Positions 60,545 to 64,000 of a stretch of 64,000 nucleotides of DNA are shown piece by piece. The translations under genes were made by a program, and so were the position numbers. The DNA is from a bacterium. Its GTDB lineage: Bacteria > Patescibacteriota > Saccharimonadia > UBA4664. Positions within the stretch are counted from its first letter, which is position 1, and each line of letters starts with the position of its first letter. The notes under the pieces were generated by a model. That model saw only the letters and a list, made by a program, of their open reading frames with translations. It had not been told where the DNA came from and did no database searches. Where the stretch lies: NCBI GenBank assembly GCA_016699105.1, contig CP064960.1, positions 200,727 to 264,726 of the forward strand, in the 5' to 3' direction.

Positions 60545-62065
60545 TCATGGTTTTTCGTACAGATCGAGACGAGTTTCGTGCCACTGCCATGATGCTTTTT
60601 GCTGATAAAGTGGGTCTAGCCTGAATGGTGGCTGGGTATCATCGTATACTAGATAGATCTGTCTACTCTGAATACTATTGGGATCCAAGATGAGGTCTGG
60701 AGAATGCTCGAGATAAGCATAACCTCCGTAATGCCCGGCAACTTTGCCTTCGTTATATGTGACTAGATTACAACCGACTGGCAAATAATGTAGCAGCTCA
60801 AAATACAATAAAGGGTGTGCGGTCATGACGGTGTTCTCCGAAGTACAGCTAATCTCGCTTGCTGCGGATTTGGAGGATGGCGTTTTCCAACGCTGGTATG
60901 AATAGTTGTCGACCTGAGCTAAGTTGTAGACACCGAACGTGAGTGTCATAAATAATAGTGCAGCAGTAATTTTGACCCGATTACCGCCATGCCGAATTAT
61001 TGTTGCCATAGCTACTGCTACGAGCGCATACGCAAATAATGAGATGTCTGCGAAATATCTTTCATTGAATATGCTCCCGCCCGGAGATAGCGAGAGAGTC
61101 ATTATTATTAGAAATTGAACCGTCACTATGAGGCCAAATAGGGCGAGGCCACGACGTGTACGAGCTGACTCCAATCGCCATGACTGAACCATCGCCCAGC
61201 TTGCTAGTACCATCGCAATCAGCCAGCTCAGTGTTGCGAGAGGTGATAGCTGCCATGAAGCTTGATATTGCCAGAAGAACGTCGTTAATGTACTGACCGT
61301 CTTGGGTGAAAAAGCATCGGCGACGGCTCCCAATGCCGGGTGTACTGCCTGCGAGATTATGCTCGGAAGCCATGGTATATATAGTACAATTGCTGCTGCA
61401 ATCGCCCACAACCATGGGGTTTTATGTAATTGGTTAATTGGTACCTTGCGCCGGCGTAAGCCGGCAATAACCCAAACACCGTGTGCGATCCAGACAAATG
61501 CTGTGATGTAGAGTGTGTACATACCAACTGCAACCAGTCCAGCGTAGGATATCCACCAGCGACGCCGCTGCGCTGGTGTTTTGGCGCAAAGTGCTTTGTC
61601 GAGAATATGGGTCGCTGATATACAAACAAGCGAAGCTAGAGCATACATACGCAATTCATAGGCGTACCTTAGATAAAACGGTGCCACCACTAAGAAGGGC
61701 GTCGACAATACTGTGATAGTTGACCCAAATAGTCGCTGGATCAAATGGAGCATGACTACCACTCCAAGTGCCGCACAGATGACTGTTGAGGCGCGAAGGC
61801 TCAAGTCTCCGGAACCCCAAATTGTGGACCAGAGCTTTAGATAGAGATAATAAAAGGGAGGGTGGATATCAACGCTTGTGAGAGCAATCAATTTCTCGAC
61901 TGGCTGGCTGATGAGAACGAGTGAATAGGCTTCATCGAACCAAATGCTAAGTCCACTGGACAACCAGAAAGCCAGGACAGCAACCATGGTGCCAGCAATC
62001 CATGAAATCAGCTGCCAGCGCTGGCTATATTGAGCGACGAATAGGCCAAGAGTGCGGATAGTCAT
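60545..62065 (-). CDS. GT-C glycosyltransferase, family 39/83 (PMT_2/ArnT-like).
   Basis: …GLSIWFDEAYSLVL…HPPFYYLYLKLW… about 506 aa polytopic. Start taken at an internal Met (MTIRTLG). Confidence 0.7.
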   Translation of the reverse strand: MTIRTLGLFVAQYSQRWQLISWIAGTMVAVLAFWLSSGLSIWFDEAYSLVLISQPVEKLIALTSVDIHPPFYYLYLKLWSTIWGSGDLSLRASTVICAALGVVVMLHLIQRLFGSTITVLSTPFLVVAPFYLRYAYELRMYALASLVCISATHILDKALCAKTPAQRRRWWISYAGLVAVGMYTLYITAFVWIAHGVWVIAGLRRRKVPINQLHKTPWLWAIAAAIVLYIPWLPSIISQAVHPALGAVADAFSPKTVSTLTTFFWQYQASWQLSPLATLSWLIAMVLASWAMVQSWRLESARTRRGLALFGLIVTVQFLIIMTLSLSPGGSIFNERYFADISLFAYALVAVAMATIIRHGGNRVKITAALLFMTLTFGVYNLAQVDNYSYQRWKTPSSKSAASEISCTSENTVMTAHPLLYFELLHYLPVGCNLVTYNEGKVAGHYGGYAYLEHSPDLILDPNSIQSRQIYLVYDDTQPPFRLDPLYQQKASWQWHETRLDLYEKP

Positions 62066-62086
62066 GCTATCTATTATACTCAAGGC

Positions 62087-62649
62087 ATGAACCACCTCAA
62101 CATCGCCGTCATCGAAGGCACTACCCGAGTAAAGCGTCTGTCCATAAACGCGGCCAAATTGGTGGCCGAAGTTGGGCGGCAGCAACCTGACGTCGAGATC
62201 CGCTTTGTTGATCCGGTGGACTTTCCCCTACCTGGTGATGGCAACGATCCGGAGGGTAAGCATCCCGAATACACCAAGCTGACCGCCTGGGCCGATGCCT
62301 TTTTATTGTCACTCCCGAATACAATCACTCGTTTCCCGGTTCGCTCAAACGCCTCTTGGACTCGGAGCTCAAAAATTATATTCATAAACCAGTGGCTTTT
62401 GCTGGAGTGTCTAGCGGCGGCTGGGGTGGCGTGCGAGCGATAGAGTCACTCGTAAATGCCGTCCGTGAGATGGGACTCATTGCTACCTTTACCGATGTCC
62501 ATTTCCCCGGGGTGCAGGATATGTTTGATGAGCAGGGTGTGCTCAAGGATGAATTTGCCGCGCAACGCGAACGCATTACGCGTAGTTATACTGAGCTTAT
62601 TTGGATGGCGCGGGTGCTCAAAGCCGGCCGCGAACAGTCGAGCAGCTAG
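62087..62649 (+). CDS. NADPH-dependent FMN reductase (flavodoxin-like), read across a frame break.
   Basis: ORFs 62087-62443 and 62356-62649. …ADAFLLS|LPNTITRFP… restores to the FMN-reductase motif (…PEYNHSFPGSLK…). Break near 62320. Confidence 0.6.
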
Positions 62650-62706
62650 CTCGAAACGACGCGATAATAGTTGACGCAGAAAACTACATTGTATATACTT
62701 TGTAGT

Positions 62707-62976
62707 ATGAATACCGTCATTAGTGTCAAAATAGATAAAGATGTTAAGGCCTCTGCTCAGGAGGTCGCCCATAGCGCCGGCTTAACGTTGAGTACGTTAG
62801 TTAACGCCTATTTGCGCCAGGTAGCAGCCACCCGGCGGATTGAGATCTATGCGCCCGAGCAAATGTCGCCCAAACTCGAAAAGCTTATTGAAGAGGTAGA
62901 AGCGCAGCTGCAAAGTGGCCAAGCTAGTAAAGAGTTTGATAATGTGGAAGATTTTCTGACCGATCTGAAGCGTTAA
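62707..62976 (+). CDS. relB: Type II antitoxin, RelB/DinJ family.
   Basis: MNTVISVKIDKDVKASAQEVAHSAGLTLSTLVNAYLRQVAATRRIEIY… ribbon-helix-helix DinJ signature. ORF called from 62671. Confidence 0.7.
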   Translation: MNTVISVKIDKDVKASAQEVAHSAGLTLSTLVNAYLRQVAATRRIEIYAPEQMSPKLEKLIEEVEAQLQSGQASKEFDNVEDFLTDLKR

Positions 62977-62981
62977 CTATC

Positions 62982-63241
62982 ATGACTATCCGTTATTTGC
63001 CGAAATTTAAAAACAATACCAGAAACTACCCCATGCCCTACAATCGCAATTTGACGAGCGGTTACGATTGTTTGTGGTCGATCCGACTTTGCCGATGCTC
63101 AGAGTCCATCCCCTGAAAGGACAGTATCGGGGCTATTGGAGTTTAAATGTAAACGGTGATATCCGGGCGCTATATCTTATAGAAGTTGAATCCGTGGTGA
63201 TTTTTGCACTGATTGGGTCTCACAGCCAACTGTACGGGTAG
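62982..63241 (+). CDS. yafQ: Type II toxin, YafQ/RelE family, read across an A5 homopolymer frame break.
   Basis: Adding one A to the A5 run at about 63009-63013 gives MTIRYLPKFKKQYQKLPHALQSQFDERLRLFVVDPTLPMLRVHPLKGQYRGYWSLNVNGDIRALYLIEVESVVIFALIGSHSQLYG (86 aa), a typical YafQ/RelE. It lies 6 bp downstream of the antitoxin. Confidence 0.65.
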
Positions 63242-63269
63242 AAATCTGTGATGGCTTACCGTTGAGTAA

Positions 63270-63509
63270 TTAGACGACAGCGACGAAATAATAGCCTACA
63301 TCGATAACACTTAAGATCAGGCCGATAATGGCCATGGTACGCTGACGAGAGTTGTTCACTTGATTGGCAAGAATAAGTCCCCGTAGTGAAAACGCCAATC
63401 CCGGAATGCCCATGAACCAAACGACGAGTCCGGTGATACCGAAGACCAGACCCATGATGGAGAACATTTTGGCTTCTTTGGCCGGGTTTTTGCTGGGAGC
63501 GAGCTTCAT
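63270..63509 (-). CDS. DUF4190-like small membrane protein.
   Basis: 79 aa, two TM helices (…FSIMGLVFGITGLVVWFMGIPGLAF… / …MAIIGLILSVIDVGYYFVAVV). Confidence 0.55.
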   Translation of the reverse strand: MKLAPSKNPAKEAKMFSIMGLVFGITGLVVWFMGIPGLAFSLRGLILANQVNNSRQRTMAIIGLILSVIDVGYYFVAVV

Positions 63510-63552
63510 GGATTGAACTCCTTATGTTTAAAGCCAGTATATACTAAGCAGT

Positions 63553-64000
63553 ATGAGTCCATTTGAACAATTTGTTCAGGGCCGTCTCCAAGATTTGCAG
63601 AAACCCCAGTACTATATCAAGCGCTGGTTGCATATATATGGCCAATGGGAATTTTGGGCGCTGGCGGCGGTGGTAATTGGCGCGTATTACGGAGCCGATG
63701 CGGCTGGCTGGCTCCCCCGCTATTTCGTCGATCATCCGCGAGTGACCCAGGGACTCGTTACCGCCCTGATCATGCTGCCGCTGCCGGTGCTGATCAAATA
63801 CAAAGAAAAGCGGTTGCACGGCCGGCCGGATTGGTGGCAGCGCCTGGGCAGGAGTTTGACGGCTTCGGGCTATGTCGTGCCGATCATCTCGTTTAATCTC
63901 GTCATAGCAGCCGTGGCTTTCCTAGGACCGGCGTTTATTAATCCAACTACTAAGTTGCCGTTAACTGGTTACGAGTTGCTCCTGCAGCAACCAGTTGCTG
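63553..64000 (+). CDS. Membrane protein, hypothetical; 3' end lies beyond the window.
   Basis: ATG at 63553 with the frame open to the window end (MSPFEQFVQGRLQDLQKPQYYIKRWLHIYGQWEFWALAAVVIGAYY…). Not in the ORF track, probably because it has no in-window stop. Confidence 0.4.
   Translation, partial: MSPFEQFVQGRLQDLQKPQYYIKRWLHIYGQWEFWALAAVVIGAYYGADAAGWLPRYFVDHPRVTQGLVTALIMLPLPVLIKYKEKRLHGRPDWWQRLGRSLTASGYVVPIISFNLVIAAVAFLGPAFINPTTKLPLTGYELLLQQPVA

Noticed and set aside
1-64000. tRNA, rRNA, tmRNA and RNase P RNA genes.
   Set aside because: Scanning the intergenic gaps (for example 12814-12831, 17564-17680, 19948-20099, 57273-57474, 63242-63269) found no cloverleaf-compatible or conserved RNA sequences. 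None is called.

Overview
This 64-kb window is bacterial, uses standard code 11 (TGA acts as a stop codon) and is about 50-52% GC. It looks like a monoderm-type chromosome, with a short Gram-positive-style YidC and no LPS genes. A lineage such as Patescibacteria, Chloroflexi or Actinobacteria is plausible but cannot be decided from sequence alone.

Housekeeping anchors:
- The origin-proximal cluster rpmH-rnpA-yidC-khpB(jag) lies at 55.4-57.3 kb, next to an AT-rich, DnaA-box-like intergenic region.
- Other recognisable genes are lexA, tadA-like deaminase, pgeF, htpX, manA-manC, galT, rfbC, a MgtA-type P-type ATPase, two ABC systems (an ABC-2 exporter and a MacB/FtsX-like pair), two EamA transporters, a VanW protein and a PP2C phosphatase.

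Dominant theme — cell-envelope glycosylation:
- At least four GT-C (PMT_2/ArnT-like) membrane glycosyltransferases.
- Two DPM1-like GT2 polyprenyl-phosphate-sugar synthases and a GtrA flippase.
- Five GT4 enzymes, a Wzx flippase, tandemly duplicated Wzy/O-antigen-ligase-like genes, an acyltransferase-3, a sugar epimerase/isomerase pair and an FAD oxidoreductase.

Unusual items:
1. A secreted esterase carrying both a cohesin-like and a true dockerin module, next to a membrane-anchored cohesin protein.
2. A complete ATP-citrate-lyase (ACLY-type) locus of about 3 kb.
3. A secreted protein with three tandem Cys-containing Ig-like repeats.
4. A DinJ/RelB-YafQ toxin-antitoxin pair.
5. A 48/49-bp GC-rich hairpin repeat present twice, flanking rfbC.

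About 30 reading-frame breaks across about 20 genes are single-base deletions inside homopolymer runs (A4-5, G4, C4, T5). The true protein can be restored by adding one base. This points to systematic sequencing or assembly error rather than pseudogenisation or programmed frameshifting. The breaks are denser in the ACL-like locus and in one GT-C locus. No rRNA, tRNA or CRISPR array was found.
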